From the sequence record DRR378314_1300: DNA of 39,376 nt. One strand, 5' to 3'. Within the stretch, counting starts at the first letter, position 1; every line of letters begins with the position of its first letter. Shown piece by piece: positions 29,668-39,376 of the stretch. A program made the translations under genes and the position numbers. A model generated the notes under the pieces. It was not told the DNA's origin, made no database searches, and worked only from the letters and a program-made list of their open reading frames with translations.

Positions 29668-30282
29668 ATGACCGAAGAAACCGTCGATATTGCGCCTCGC
29701 CGCCAGCCTGTGCAGGCCAGAAGCCGCGAGCGCGTCAACACCATTCTCAGCCACGCGGCAGCGATCTTCCACGAGGTGGGGGTCGACGCCACCAGTATGT
29801 CCGAGATCGCCCGCCAGTCGGGCATGTCACTCGCCTCCCTCTACCGCTACTTTCCCAACAAGGCTGCCATCGTGAAGGCCATTGCCGAGGGGCATGTGGC
29901 ACGAATGGAAAGCGCGTTGCGGGATCGTCTTCAGACTCTGGAACTGGTGGACGCCGTGGACGTCCTGATCGATCTGTTTTACGAGTTCTACCGGAACGAG
30001 CCGGCCTATTCCGCGATCTGGAGTGGCGTAGAATCCATGCCCGAGTTGCGGGACCTGGATATTCGTGAGCTCTACAGCCATGCCCGTGATCTGGATAACC
30101 GGCTGCGGGACGTATGCCCCCGTATCCCGGAAGACCGCCGCTGGACGGCAAGCCTTATGTTGCCCCGTTCGGCCGGGACCGTTCTCCGGTTGGCGGCGAC
30201 CCTGCCAGAGGATCAGGCCCGCTCGATGGTGAGTGAGCTCAAGTGCATGGCCCGGGCCTACCTGGCGGAACTCATTCGCTGA
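29668..30282 (+). CDS. TetR/AcrR-family regulator
   Basis: RRQPVQARSRERV..IL, HTH SMSEIARQSGMSLASLYRYFPNK; AGGAG RBS before ATG 29668. Confidence 0.92.
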   Translation: MTEETVDIAPRRQPVQARSRERVNTILSHAAAIFHEVGVDATSMSEIARQSGMSLASLYRYFPNKAAIVKAIAEGHVARMESALRDRLQTLELVDAVDVLIDLFYEFYRNEPAYSAIWSGVESMPELRDLDIRELYSHARDLDNRLRDVCPRIPEDRRWTASLMLPRSAGTVLRLAATLPEDQARSMVSELKCMARAYLAELIR

Positions 30283-30286
30283 CGAA

Positions 30287-30784
30287 TCAGGAAAGATACC
30301 CCAATGGTAGCGCCGTGCTGTCGATCACCCGCCTCAACACAAAGCTGGAGTGTACACCGCTGACGCCCTGAATACGGGTGATGCGATTCAGTAGGAAGTG
30401 GTGATAGTGATCCATGTCCGGCACAACCACCTTGAGCATGTAATCGGCGTCCTGGCCCGTGATCAGATAGCACTCCTGAACCTCCGGGTATTCTCCAACC
30501 TGGCTCTCGAACGCCGCAAAGCGCTCCGGGGTGTGCCTGTCCATGCCGATCAGTATGATTGCGGTGAGGGATAGTCCCAGCTTCTTGTGATCCAGGATCG
30601 TTACCTGCCGAACGATGACGCCGGCGTCTTCCAGCGCACGGACCCGGCGCAGGCAAGGGGAGGGTGACAGGCCAACCTTGTCTGCCAGTTCCTGGTTCGT
30701 CAGTGAGCCATCCTGCTGCAATTGTTCGAGGATATTGCGGTCAATCTTGTCAATTTTGACGAGTGCTTTGGTTGGGATTGACAT
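30287..30784 (-). CDS. Lrp/AsnC-family regulator
   Basis: DKIDRNILEQLQQDG...ELADKVGLSPSPCLRRVRALE, PEVQECYLITG.DADY. Confidence 0.95.
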   Translation of the reverse strand: MSIPTKALVKIDKIDRNILEQLQQDGSLTNQELADKVGLSPSPCLRRVRALEDAGVIVRQVTILDHKKLGLSLTAIILIGMDRHTPERFAAFESQVGEYPEVQECYLITGQDADYMLKVVVPDMDHYHHFLLNRITRIQGVSGVHSSFVLRRVIDSTALPLGYLS

Positions 30785-30930
30785 AAAATTTCAACCTCTA
30801 TTAAATTCCTGGAATATTATGTCTATTCTCTACGCCGATGGCAGAAAAAAGCAATCATTTTCCCCATGTGGCGCGTTATCCTGTTACACAATCATCGAAT
30901 TCCCCGTGAGAACAGCAAGGAACCACCCAA

Positions 30931-32628
30931 ATGGCATTTGATCATCGTAAATACGTTGCGTTTACGCCGGTGGCGAAAACCGATCGCCGCTGGCCGGACA
31001 AGGTCATCACAACCGCACCCCGTTTTTGTGCGGTGGACCTTCGGGATGGCAACCAGGCGCTGGTAAAGCCGATGTCGGTGGCACAGAAGCAGCGGATGTT
31101 CGATTTGCTGGTAAAACTGGGGTTCAAGGAAATTGAGATTGGCTTTCCCGCCGCGAGCCAGCCGGACTTTGATTTCTGCCGCAAGCTGATTGAAGAGGAT
31201 CGGATTCCTGAGGACGTGCACATTCAGGTGCTCACCCAGGCGCGCCCAGAACTGATCGAGCGCACCTACGAGGCATTGAAGGGTGCCCGCAAGGCTATCG
31301 TGCATGTCTACAACTCAACGTCCACGGTTCAGCGGGAACAGGTGTTCGGAATGGACCGCGAGGGTGTGAAGGACATTGCTGTTAACGGCGCGCGGATCGT
31401 CAAGGCGAACGCCGCGAAGTACCCGAACACGGAATGGATCTTCCAGTATTCGCCGGAGAGTTTCACCGGTACGGAACTGGACTACGCCGCGGAAGTGATC
31501 GACGCCGTCAACGATGTGTGGCGCCCGGACCAGGGCCAGCCGGTGGTGATCAACCTGCCGGCCACGGTGGAAATGGCGACCCCCAATGTGTTTGCCGATC
31601 AGATCGAGTGGATTTGCGATCACGTTCGGTATCGTGAACACATCAGCATCAGCGTTCACACCCACAACGACCGTGGCTGCGCCGTGGCGGCGGCAGAGTT
31701 GGCGGTTATGGCCGGCGCTGACCGGGTGGAAGGAACGTTGATGGGTAACGGTGAGCGTACCGGTAATATGGATCTGGTGACCATGGCCATGAACCTGTAT
31801 TCCCAGGGCGTGGATCCGACTCTGGATCTGTCGGGCATGGCCGAGATTACCGATGTGGTTGAAGCCTGCACCGAGATTTCCACGCATCCCCGTCATCCCT
31901 ATGCGGGTGAACTGGTTTTCACAGCCTTTTCTGGCAGTCACCAGGACGCTATTCGCAAGTGCCTAGCCCGCCGCACGGAAGGCGAGAGTTGGCACGTGGC
32001 GTACCTGCCCATCGATCCACACGACCTCGGGCGTCGTTACGAAGAAGTGGTTCGAATCAACAGCCAGTCCGGTAAGGGTGGCGTGGCTTATGTTCTTGAG
32101 CGTGACTACAACATCAGCCTGCCGCGCTGGTTGCAGATCGAATTCAGCAAGCTGGTTCAGCGGGAGGCAGAAACCAACGGTGGGGAGATCGATTCGTTGA
32201 CCATTCACCGTTTGTTTGAGGACCGTTACCTGAGAGTGGCGCGGGCCTGGGAGCTGAGGTCTTATGACCTTCATCGTGACGACGAAGGTGTAAAGGCGGT
32301 TGTCAGTATCGGCGCGGAGGATTGCCCGGTCACCCTGGAAGGGCATGGTCTTGGCGCGGTAGAAGCTGTCTCGGCGGCGCTTGAAGCGACATACGGTGTA
32401 TCGCTGGCGGTGGAAGCCTATGATGAGTTCGCGCTCGGTGAGGGGACCAACGCGAACGCATTGGCCTGTATCCGGGTGACGGTCGACGGCCAGCACTGCA
32501 GTTCCGCAGCCCTGGCGGAAGATACCACGTCTGCCACATTGCAGGCGCTTTTCTCCGCCGTGTCCCAGGTGGTTGATCGTGGCCGGCAACAGGTCTCTGG
32601 TAAAGCCTCGGCTGAGGCAGATGCCTGA
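30931..32628 (+). CDS. leuA: 2-isopropylmalate synthase (yeast/Pseudomonas type)
   Basis: VDLRDGNQAL, YSPESF, NLPATVE, HTHNDRG, GNGERTGN, AFSGSHQDAI, RINSQSGKGG. Confidence 0.95.
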   Translation: MAFDHRKYVAFTPVAKTDRRWPDKVITTAPRFCAVDLRDGNQALVKPMSVAQKQRMFDLLVKLGFKEIEIGFPAASQPDFDFCRKLIEEDRIPEDVHIQVLTQARPELIERTYEALKGARKAIVHVYNSTSTVQREQVFGMDREGVKDIAVNGARIVKANAAKYPNTEWIFQYSPESFTGTELDYAAEVIDAVNDVWRPDQGQPVVINLPATVEMATPNVFADQIEWICDHVRYREHISISVHTHNDRGCAVAAAELAVMAGADRVEGTLMGNGERTGNMDLVTMAMNLYSQGVDPTLDLSGMAEITDVVEACTEISTHPRHPYAGELVFTAFSGSHQDAIRKCLARRTEGESWHVAYLPIDPHDLGRRYEEVVRINSQSGKGGVAYVLERDYNISLPRWLQIEFSKLVQREAETNGGEIDSLTIHRLFEDRYLRVARAWELRSYDLHRDDEGVKAVVSIGAEDCPVTLEGHGLGAVEAVSAALEATYGVSLAVEAYDEFALGEGTNANALACIRVTVDGQHCSSAALAEDTTSATLQALFSAVSQVVDRGRQQVSGKASAEADA

Positions 32629-32633
32629 CAAAG

Positions 32634-32659
32634 AAAAAGCCGGCGGTTGCCGGCTTTTT
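32634..32659. terminator. Bidirectional terminator between leuA and the csp gene
   Basis: AAAAAGCCGGC-GGTT-GCCGGCTTTTT. Confidence 0.9.
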
Positions 32660-32705
32660 CAGATTCCCTCTGCCCGTGAGGGGCATAGGGCGGGGTCCCG
32701 CAACC

Positions 32706-32915
32706 TCAGACTGGGGTTACGTTTTCCGCCTGGGGACCTTTCGGACCCTGAGTCACGGTAAACTGCACCTGTTGACCTTCGGTCAGGGTGCGGAAGCCGC
32801 TTGAGTTGATTGCACTATAGTGAACGAAAACGTCACTGCCACCGTCCTGGGCGATAAAGCCAAAGCCCTTGGACTCGTTAAACCACTTTACGTGGCCTGT
32901 TTTTGTATCTGACAT
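32706..32915 (-). CDS. CspA-family cold-shock protein
   Basis: [42 protein letters not shown]. Confidence 0.97.
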   Translation of the reverse strand: MSDTKTGHVKWFNESKGFGFIAQDGGSDVFVHYSAINSSGFRTLTEGQQVQFTVTQGPKGPQAENVTPV

Positions 32916-33086
32916 TGATCTTTCCTGTATTTCTGAAATTTTGCCCTCACGGGACCATCGGTGTTCCTGTGGAATTACCGGTGCTGTAAAAATTCAGAAA
33001 GTACTGAGGAAAGGGGCAACGAAGAGCACTGCGGCAGGACGTTGAAACGCATTCACCAAATACCGCTGTATTTTCACAGCAATTTC

Positions 33087-33114
33087 AGTATAGACCGAGT
33101 TGGGAGGGCGTCAA
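33087..33114 (-). promoter_or_regulatory. Sigma-70 promoter of the csp gene
   Basis: Minus strand TTGACG (33114-33109), 16-nt spacer, TATACT (33092-33087), with A-tracts upstream. Confidence 0.7.
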
Positions 33115-33176
33115 CGCTTTTTTTAGCACTTTGTTTAAGTTTTTTAAGCCCAAAAAACAACAAGTTGTCATAAACA

Positions 33177-33224
33177 TGTCACCAAACGGGCGCACTATTG
33201 TGGCGCAGGTTCCGTTTGGTGACA
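33177..33224 (-). terminator. Long hairpin just after the prpE stop, probable terminator or 3' stem
   Basis: Perfect 13-bp inverted repeat TGTCACCAAACGG / CCGTTTGGTGACA, followed by U-rich sequence on the minus strand. Confidence 0.6.
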
Positions 33225-33235
33225 GCTCAAAAAGG

Positions 33236-35110
33236 TCAGCTTTTGAACTGCTCGCTGATCTCTTCCAGTATGGCAGGATCATCGATTGTGCTGGGTACCG
33301 AGTACGTTTCCCCGTCGGCAATCTGGCGGATCACCCGACGCAGGATCTTACCGGAGCGGGTTTTGGGTAGCCGATCGACGACCAGCGCCTTGCGGAAACA
33401 GGCAATGGCGCCGATTTTCTCCCGCACCATCTCCACCAGTTCCTCTTCGAGTTCGTCGTGGTCAATGGTTGCACCATCTTTGATCAGCACGAGCCCCACA
33501 GGCACCTGACCTTTCATGTCGTCGTGAGCGCCGACCACGCAGCATTCCGCGATGGCCGGATGGGCCGCGACCACTTCCTCCATTTCCCCGGTAGACAGCC
33601 GGTGACCGGCGACGTTGATAACGTCGTCTGTTCGACCCATCACGAAGACATAGCCGTCGTCATCGAGGAAGCCGCCGTCACCGGAGCTGTAAAAGCCGCC
33701 AATGGGTGCCAGGTAAGTATTGCGGAACCGGGCGTCGTCGCCCCATACCGTCGACATGCAGCCGGGAGGCAGCGGCAGCTTGACCGCAATCTGGCCCTGT
33801 TCGCCGGCGGGCACCTGATGGCCCTCCATGTCCACCACCTGAACGTTGAATCCGGGCGACGGAAGCGTGGCTGAGCCGGGTTTCGTCGTCATCATTTCAA
33901 TGCCCACCGGATTACAGCAGATTGCCCAGCCCGTTTCGGTTTGCCACCAATGGTCCAGTATTGGCAGGCGGGTGTGTTCCTTAAGCCACTCATAGGTGGG
34001 CGGGTCCAGACGCTCGCCAGCCAGGAAGATGCGTTTCAGGGAGCTGATGTCGTAGCGGGACAACTGATCGGCTTCCGGGTCCTCCTTGCGCACTGCCCGG
34101 AAAGCGGTGGGCGCGGTGAACAACAGGTTCACGCCGTGATCCTGAACGACACGCCAGAACGCGCCGGCATCCGGCGTTCTGACCGGCTTGCCTTCGTACA
34201 GGATGGTGGTGCAGCCTGCGAATAAGGGTGCGTAGACGATATAGCTGTGGCCAACCACCCAGCCGACGTCCGACGCCGCCCAGTAAACATCTCCCGGGCT
34301 TGCGTCGTAGACCAGGTGCATGCTGTAGCGAAGGGCCACAGCATGGCCGCCGTTGTCGCGTACGACGCCCTTGGGTTTGCCAGTCGTTCCTGAGGTGTAG
34401 AGTATGTAAAGCGGATCGGTGGCGCGAACAGGTACAGGGTCTACCGGCCGGGCCTGACTCACCAGTTCATTCCAGTCAAAATCGCGGCCTTCCTGAAGCG
34501 CGGCCTGCACTTGTGGCCGCTGGAACACGATGCAGCACTCCGGTTTGTGGTCTGCCTGATCAATGGCACTGTCCACCAGAGGTTTGTACTCGATGACCTT
34601 TTTTACTTCAATGCCGCAGGACGCGGTGATAACGGCCTTGGACTTGGCATCATTGATACGCACCGCCAGTTCATTGGATGCAAAGCCGCCGAACACCACG
34701 GAATGGATGGCACCAATCCGGGCGCAGCCCAGCATCGCAATGACGGCTTCGGGGATCATGGGCATATAGAGAATCACCCGGTCGCCCTTGCTGATGCCGC
34801 GGTCCTGGAGAGCACCAGCAAAAGTCGCCACCGCGAGGGTGAGCTCACTGTAGGTGTATGTGCGGGAGGTGCCGGTAACCGGAGAATCGTAAATCAGGGC
34901 TTTCTGTTCGCCGCGCCCGGCCCGGATATTGGCATCCAGTGCCACATCGGAAGTGTTTAGGACGCCGTCGGGAAACCATTGTCCGTGGCCATTATCGGTG
35001 GGCTGCCAGATGGTTTTTGGCGGTTCCATCCAGTCAATGGCAGACGCTTTGTCGCGCCAGAACTCGTCAGGCTGGTCGATCGATTGCCTGAACTCGGAGT
35101 GGTAGTCCAT
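33236..35110 (-). CDS. prpE: Propionyl-CoA synthetase / acyl-CoA synthetase
   Basis: YILYTSGTTGKPKGVVRDNGGHAVAL, SDVGWVVGHSY, YEGKP..TPDAG, DHWWQTETGW, LPKTRSGKILR; GAGGTGG RBS before ATG 35110. Confidence 0.85.
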   Translation of the reverse strand: MDYHSEFRQSIDQPDEFWRDKASAIDWMEPPKTIWQPTDNGHGQWFPDGVLNTSDVALDANIRAGRGEQKALIYDSPVTGTSRTYTYSELTLAVATFAGALQDRGISKGDRVILYMPMIPEAVIAMLGCARIGAIHSVVFGGFASNELAVRINDAKSKAVITASCGIEVKKVIEYKPLVDSAIDQADHKPECCIVFQRPQVQAALQEGRDFDWNELVSQARPVDPVPVRATDPLYILYTSGTTGKPKGVVRDNGGHAVALRYSMHLVYDASPGDVYWAASDVGWVVGHSYIVYAPLFAGCTTILYEGKPVRTPDAGAFWRVVQDHGVNLLFTAPTAFRAVRKEDPEADQLSRYDISSLKRIFLAGERLDPPTYEWLKEHTRLPILDHWWQTETGWAICCNPVGIEMMTTKPGSATLPSPGFNVQVVDMEGHQVPAGEQGQIAVKLPLPPGCMSTVWGDDARFRNTYLAPIGGFYSSGDGGFLDDDGYVFVMGRTDDVINVAGHRLSTGEMEEVVAAHPAIAECCVVGAHDDMKGQVPVGLVLIKDGATIDHDELEEELVEMVREKIGAIACFRKALVVDRLPKTRSGKILRRVIRQIADGETYSVPSTIDDPAILEEISEQFKS

Positions 35111-35221
35111 AACATCCACCTCGCATCGCTGTTGTTGTTGTGTTTTCTATTACCCACAACTTTAGGCGCTTTGAGGGGCAGGACTACTAGACCATAGGCT
35201 AAGTTTCTGTCTTTTTGAAAG

Positions 35222-36577
35222 TTATTGGTTTCCTGAATTGACCGAGGTCACGTTCGCTTCAAGGTGTCCGCTGGCTACGCGGGCGGTGATTCGATCGCCG
35301 GGCTGGAGCTCACCGGCCTGGCGAACGATCTCTCCGTTCTCCTGCTGGACGATGGCATAGCCCCGCCCCAGAGTGGCCAGCGGGCTGACCACATTCAGTG
35401 TTTGGGCAAGGTGTTCCAGTCGTTCCCTGCGTTGGGTGACGGTCTGGCTTGCTGCCCGGGTCAGTCGGTCGGTCAGTTGGCTAACGCTCCTGCGGTTATC
35501 ATTGAGCCGCTTTGCCGGTGATTGCATCCGCAGGCGCTGGCCGAGGTTTGCGGCACGTACCTGTTCCCGCTCGAGGCGTTGGTTTACGGCCTTGCCCAGT
35601 CGCAGTTCGAGATCGTCCATGCGTTGGGCCTTTTCCATCAGTTCCCGCCTGGGGTCCCGAAGCCTGGCGGAAAGGTGCTCCAATCGTGTACCCATGCGCT
35701 TCAGGGCGCGGCTGGCAGCGCCCGCGAGTCTATGCTCGCGTTCCCTGAGTTGTCGCAACCAGTCCTGCTGGTCGGGCGAAATTTTTTCCGCGGCGGCGGA
35801 CGGTGTTGGCGCCCGCAGGTCGGCGACGAAGTCGGAAATGGTCACGTCCACCTCGTGTCCGACGGCACTGACCGTAGGCAGCGGGCAGGCGGCGATTGCG
35901 CGGGCGACGGCTTCCTCGTTGAAGCACCACAGATCTTCCAGCGAGCCGCCACCACGACCAATGATCAGTACATCGGCGGCACCGTGTCGGGTGGCCCGAT
36001 CAATGGCCCGGACGATATCGGCTGTTGCCGCTTGCCCCTGGACAGCGGTGGGGTAGAGGGTAACGGGAATGGCCGGGCACCGCCTGGCGAGTACGGTCAG
36101 GATATCGTGAATAGCGGCGCCGGTGGGTGATGTCACAACGCCAATATGCCGAGGTGTCGATGGCAGTGGTTTCTTGCGTGCGGCGTCGAACAGGCCTTCC
36201 TGTTGAAGTTTGCGCTTGAGTTCCTCGAAGGCCTGTTGCAATGCGCCCAGGCCAGCGGGTTCGATGTGCTCAACAATGATCTGGAAGTCACCCCGGTTCT
36301 CATAAAGCGTCACCTTGCCTCGGATGCGTACCTGGTCACCTTCTTTCGGAATCTCCTTCACGCGCTGGTTGAAGCCCCGGAACATGGCGCAGCGGATCTG
36401 GCATTTGCGGTCCTTCAGGGAAAAGTACCAGTGGCCCGACGAGGGGCGTGAAAAGCTGGACAGCTCCCCCTCAACCCAGACTTGCATGAAGCTGGCTTCC
36501 AGCAGGTGGCGTGCCTGATGATTCAGTTCACTGACGCTTAGTGCCCTGGGGCGGGAATCCTGGAAGCCGCTGTCCAA
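35222..36577 (-). CDS. xseA: Exodeoxyribonuclease VII large subunit
   Basis: [68 protein letters not shown] start with AGGAG RBS. Confidence 0.97.
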   Translation of the reverse strand: MDSGFQDSRPRALSVSELNHQARHLLEASFMQVWVEGELSSFSRPSSGHWYFSLKDRKCQIRCAMFRGFNQRVKEIPKEGDQVRIRGKVTLYENRGDFQIIVEHIEPAGLGALQQAFEELKRKLQQEGLFDAARKKPLPSTPRHIGVVTSPTGAAIHDILTVLARRCPAIPVTLYPTAVQGQAATADIVRAIDRATRHGAADVLIIGRGGGSLEDLWCFNEEAVARAIAACPLPTVSAVGHEVDVTISDFVADLRAPTPSAAAEKISPDQQDWLRQLREREHRLAGAASRALKRMGTRLEHLSARLRDPRRELMEKAQRMDDLELRLGKAVNQRLEREQVRAANLGQRLRMQSPAKRLNDNRRSVSQLTDRLTRAASQTVTQRRERLEHLAQTLNVVSPLATLGRGYAIVQQENGEIVRQAGELQPGDRITARVASGHLEANVTSVNSGNQ

Positions 36578-36690
36578 GAGAAGTGCTCCTTAAATTGGCC
36601 GATCATTGCGGTATACGCACAAGCCGAGAGTTGGGGGATAAAAATAACGAAAATTCAAAAAGATGCAACCCAATAGGTATACAGCGCTGG

Positions 36691-36719
36691 TTTACTGTCA
36701 ACCAACGCCCATTTATAAT
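36691..36719 (+). promoter_or_regulatory. Sigma-70 promoter of guaBA
   Basis: TTTACT (36691-36696), 17-nt spacer, perfect TATAAT (36714-36719). Confidence 0.6.
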
Positions 36720-36806
36720 AGGTCGATTAAGAATTTTGTACTGTCACAGCCAGCCGGGTGTGGCGTCAGAATTCTCCAATCTAGCATGTTCAAAAGGCGG
36801 ATCCCA

Positions 36807-38270
36807 ATGCTGCGAATTGCCGAAGAAGCCCTCACCTTTGACGATGTACTGCTCGTTCCAGGACGCTCAGAGGTTCTTCCTCACCAGGTCAGCCTGCAAA
36901 CCCAGCTGACCAAAGGTATCACCCTGAATATTCCGCTGGTGTCGGCGGCAATGGATACCGTGACCGAAGCAGACCTGGCCATCTCCATGGCTCAGGAAGG
37001 TGGCATCGGCATCATGCATAAGAGCATGTCGGTTGAGCAACAGGCCGCGGCTGTCCGCAAGGTCAAAAAGTTCGAGAGCGGCGTTGTTAAGGACCCCATT
37101 ACGGTCACGCCGAATACCACCGTTCGCGAATTGGTGGATATCACCATGGCCAACAACATCTCGGGCCTGCCGGTCGTGGATGGTGTTGATCTGGTGGGTA
37201 TCGTCACCGGTCGGGACATTCGCTTTGAAAGCCGCTTGGACACGCCGGTCTCTGAGATTATGACCGCCAAGGACAAATTGGTGACGGTGAAAGAGGGCGC
37301 CAACCTCGACGACGTTAAAGAATTGCTGCATCGCCACCGTATTGAAAAAGTCCTGGTGGTGAATGACGACTTCGAACTGCGCGGGCTGATTACCGTCAAG
37401 GATATCCAGAAGGCGAAGGATTACCCACTGGCCTGCAAAGACGAACAGGGTCGTCTTCGAGCTGGCGCTGCCGTTGGCACTGGAGCGGATACGGATGCTC
37501 GCGTAGCCGCGCTGGTTGAGGCCGGTGTAGACGTGATCGTGGTGGATACCGCCCACGGCCACTCCAAGGGTGTGATCGACCGGGTTCGCTGGATCAAAGA
37601 GCATTTCCCGGAAGTTCAGGTGATTGGCGGCAATATTGCCACCTCGGACGCAGCGATTGATCTGGCAGACGCCGGCGCGGACGCGGTCAAGGTTGGAATC
37701 GGTCCCGGCTCTATCTGCACCACCCGTATTGTGGCCGGCATCGGCGTGCCTCAGATCACGGCTGTGTCCAATGTGGCCGCCGCCCTGAAAGACCGTGGTG
37801 TGCCCGTAATTGCGGACGGTGGCGTCCGGTTCTCTGGCGATATTTCCAAAGCCATCGCGGCCGGTGCCTACAGTGTCATGATTGGCAGCCTGCTGGCTGG
37901 CACTGACGAGGCGCCGGGTGAGGTCGAGCTCTACCAGGGACGCAGTTACAAAGCCTACCGGGGCATGGGCTCGATTGGTGCCATGGGGCAGGGGTCCAGT
38001 GACCGGTACTTCCAGGACGCCAGCAAAGGCATCGAGAAACTGGTGCCGGAAGGCATTGAAGGTCGCGTTGCCTGCAAGGGCCCGATGCGGAATATTGTGC
38101 ACCAGTTGATGGGCGGTCTGCGGGCTTCCATGGGCTACACCGGCAGTGCCACCATGGAAGAAATGCGCACCAAACCTGAATTCGTCCGCATCACCAATGC
38201 GGGCATGCGTGAGAGCCACGTCCATGACGTGACCATCACCAAAGAAGCACCTAACTACCGTATCGGCTGA
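36807..38270 (+). CDS. guaB: IMP dehydrogenase
   Basis: [23 protein letters not shown] pair, [28 protein letters not shown]. Confidence 0.98.
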   Translation: MLRIAEEALTFDDVLLVPGRSEVLPHQVSLQTQLTKGITLNIPLVSAAMDTVTEADLAISMAQEGGIGIMHKSMSVEQQAAAVRKVKKFESGVVKDPITVTPNTTVRELVDITMANNISGLPVVDGVDLVGIVTGRDIRFESRLDTPVSEIMTAKDKLVTVKEGANLDDVKELLHRHRIEKVLVVNDDFELRGLITVKDIQKAKDYPLACKDEQGRLRAGAAVGTGADTDARVAALVEAGVDVIVVDTAHGHSKGVIDRVRWIKEHFPEVQVIGGNIATSDAAIDLADAGADAVKVGIGPGSICTTRIVAGIGVPQITAVSNVAAALKDRGVPVIADGGVRFSGDISKAIAAGAYSVMIGSLLAGTDEAPGEVELYQGRSYKAYRGMGSIGAMGQGSSDRYFQDASKGIEKLVPEGIEGRVACKGPMRNIVHQLMGGLRASMGYTGSATMEEMRTKPEFVRITNAGMRESHVHDVTITKEAPNYRIG

Positions 38271-38285
38271 TCATTGTCGTTTCGG

Positions 38286-38319
38286 GCGCGGCTCATCCAG
38301 TGAGCCGCGTTTTTTCTTT
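38286..38319 (+). terminator. Terminator-like hairpin between guaB and guaA
   Basis: GCGCGGCTCA-TCCAG-TGAGCCGCGT followed by TTTTTCTTT. Confidence 0.65.
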
Positions 38320-38335
38320 CTGCTCCGAGGATTTC

Positions 38336-39376
38336 ATGGCCCACAACATCCACGACCATCGCATTCTGATTCTCGATTTTGGTTCCCAGTACACCCAGCT
38401 TATCGCGCGCCGCGTTCGGGAAATCGGGGTCTATTGTGAGATTAAGGCCTTTGATATTACCGATGAGGAACTGAAAGACTTCAATCCCAAAGGGATCATC
38501 CTGGCGGGCGGCCCCGAGTCGGTGACGCAACTGGGTGGCCCCCGGGCGCCAGAAGGTCTGTTCGAGAAAGGCATTCCGGTTCTGGGTATTTGTTATGGCA
38601 TGCAGACCATGGCCGAGCAGCTCGGTGGCCGTGTCGCCAGCTCCGAAAAACGGGAATTTGGCTACGCCCAGGTCAAGGTTCGGGCCAAGGGGCCCTTGCT
38701 GAAGGACATTACCGACCACCTCACGGCCACCGGCGAGTCGTTGCTGGATGTGTGGATGAGCCACGGCGACAAGGTTGTGGTGATGCCGGATGGCTTCGAG
38801 CTACTGGCCTCGACCGAGAGCGCACCGATTTCAGCCATGCAGGATACGGCACGTAACCTCTACGGCGTCCAGTTCCATCCGGAAGTGACTCATACCCTGC
38901 AGGGCAAACGCATCCTGGAGCATTTCATTCTCAACATCTGCCAGTGTGAGGCGCTGTGGACACCGGCCAAGATCGTTGATGATGCGGTAGAGCAGATCCG
39001 TAACCAGGTTGGCAGCGGCAAGGTGCTGCTCGGGTTGTCCGGTGGCGTTGATTCTTCCGTGACCGCCGCACTGCTGCACAAGGCCATTGGTGACCAGTTA
39101 ACCTGCGTCTTCGTGGACAACGGCCTGCTGCGCCTGCACGAAGGCGATCAGGTGATGGACATGTTCGCCAGCAACATGGGCGTGAAGGTCATTCGTGTCG
39201 ATGCCGAAGACCTGTTCCTGTCCAAACTCAAGGGTGTTGATGACCCCGAGAAGAAGCGCAAGATCATTGGTAACACCTTTATTGACGTATTCGATGACGA
39301 AGCCGCCAATATCCGGGACGTCAACTGGCTGGCCCAGGGCACCATTTACCCGGACGTGATCGAATCCGCCGCCTCC
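38336..39376 (+). CDS. guaA: GMP synthase (glutamine-hydrolysing), 3' end runs off the window
   Basis: Not in the ORF track. Manual translation gives [29 protein letters not shown]...GICYGMQ...WMSHGD...QFHPEV...LSGGVDS...[13 protein letters not shown]. Confidence 0.98.
   Translation, partial: MAHNIHDHRILILDFGSQYTQLIARRVREIGVYCEIKAFDITDEELKDFNPKGIILAGGPESVTQLGGPRAPEGLFEKGIPVLGICYGMQTMAEQLGGRVASSEKREFGYAQVKVRAKGPLLKDITDHLTATGESLLDVWMSHGDKVVVMPDGFELLASTESAPISAMQDTARNLYGVQFHPEVTHTLQGKRILEHFILNICQCEALWTPAKIVDDAVEQIRNQVGSGKVLLGLSGGVDSSVTAALLHKAIGDQLTCVFVDNGLLRLHEGDQVMDMFASNMGVKVIRVDAEDLFLSKLKGVDDPEKKRKIIGNTFIDVFDDEAANIRDVNWLAQGTIYPDVIESAAS

Noticed and set aside
33085..33370. Short ORFs (78-79 aa) in the csp-prpE spacer
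   Set aside because: They overlap the csp promoter, a hairpin and the prpE 3' end, and show no recognisable domain.
36663..36806. 48-aa N-terminal extension of guaB in the ORF track (also extensions of msbA, cspD, hflD and mnmA)
   Set aside because: These overlap promoters or upstream genes; family-like sequence starts at downstream codons with RBS or ATGA coupling.
36867..38225. 452-aa antisense ORF opposite guaB; similar long ORFs lie opposite clpA, msbA, mnmA, trxB and proS
   Set aside because: Shadow ORFs expected from GC-rich codon bias; no recognisable motifs and fully overlapped by conserved genes.

Overview
GC-rich gammaproteobacterial core-genome window. Gene content and order suggest Marinobacter or a relative; this is an inference, not a database result. 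It is almost entirely housekeeping. In order: purB (partial)-hflD-mnmA-nudJ-rluE; cspD divergent from clpS-clpA; an AdeT/DctP-like periplasmic protein; infA-bpt-aat-trxB (with clpSA, a full N-degron gene set); a MoxR ATPase plus N-carbamoylputrescine amidase and agmatine deiminase; a small secreted protein; a PilZ protein; one lolC/E gene plus lolD; DUF2062; comEC-exbB-exbD-msbA-lpxK-ycaR-kdsB-LMW-PTP-murB; proS; a PaaI thioesterase and TetR regulator; an Lrp regulator divergent from leuA; a cold-shock gene; prpE; xseA; guaB-guaA (partial). I found no rRNA, tRNA, CRISPR array, prophage, transposase or defence system, and cannot support a new multi-gene system. The best non-coding signal is a structured element between trxB and aat: a perfect 17-bp stem enclosing two hairpins with ANGGAY loops, resembling the TwoAYGGAY motif and CsrA/RsmA sites. 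Other leads are a LolDF-type single permease, an orphan AdeT-like gene with TGTCA/TGACA palindromes upstream, a MoxR without its usual partners, a CrbR-like site before prpE, and several long hairpins. Start codons were refined by eye from RBS and overlap patterns and may be slightly off.
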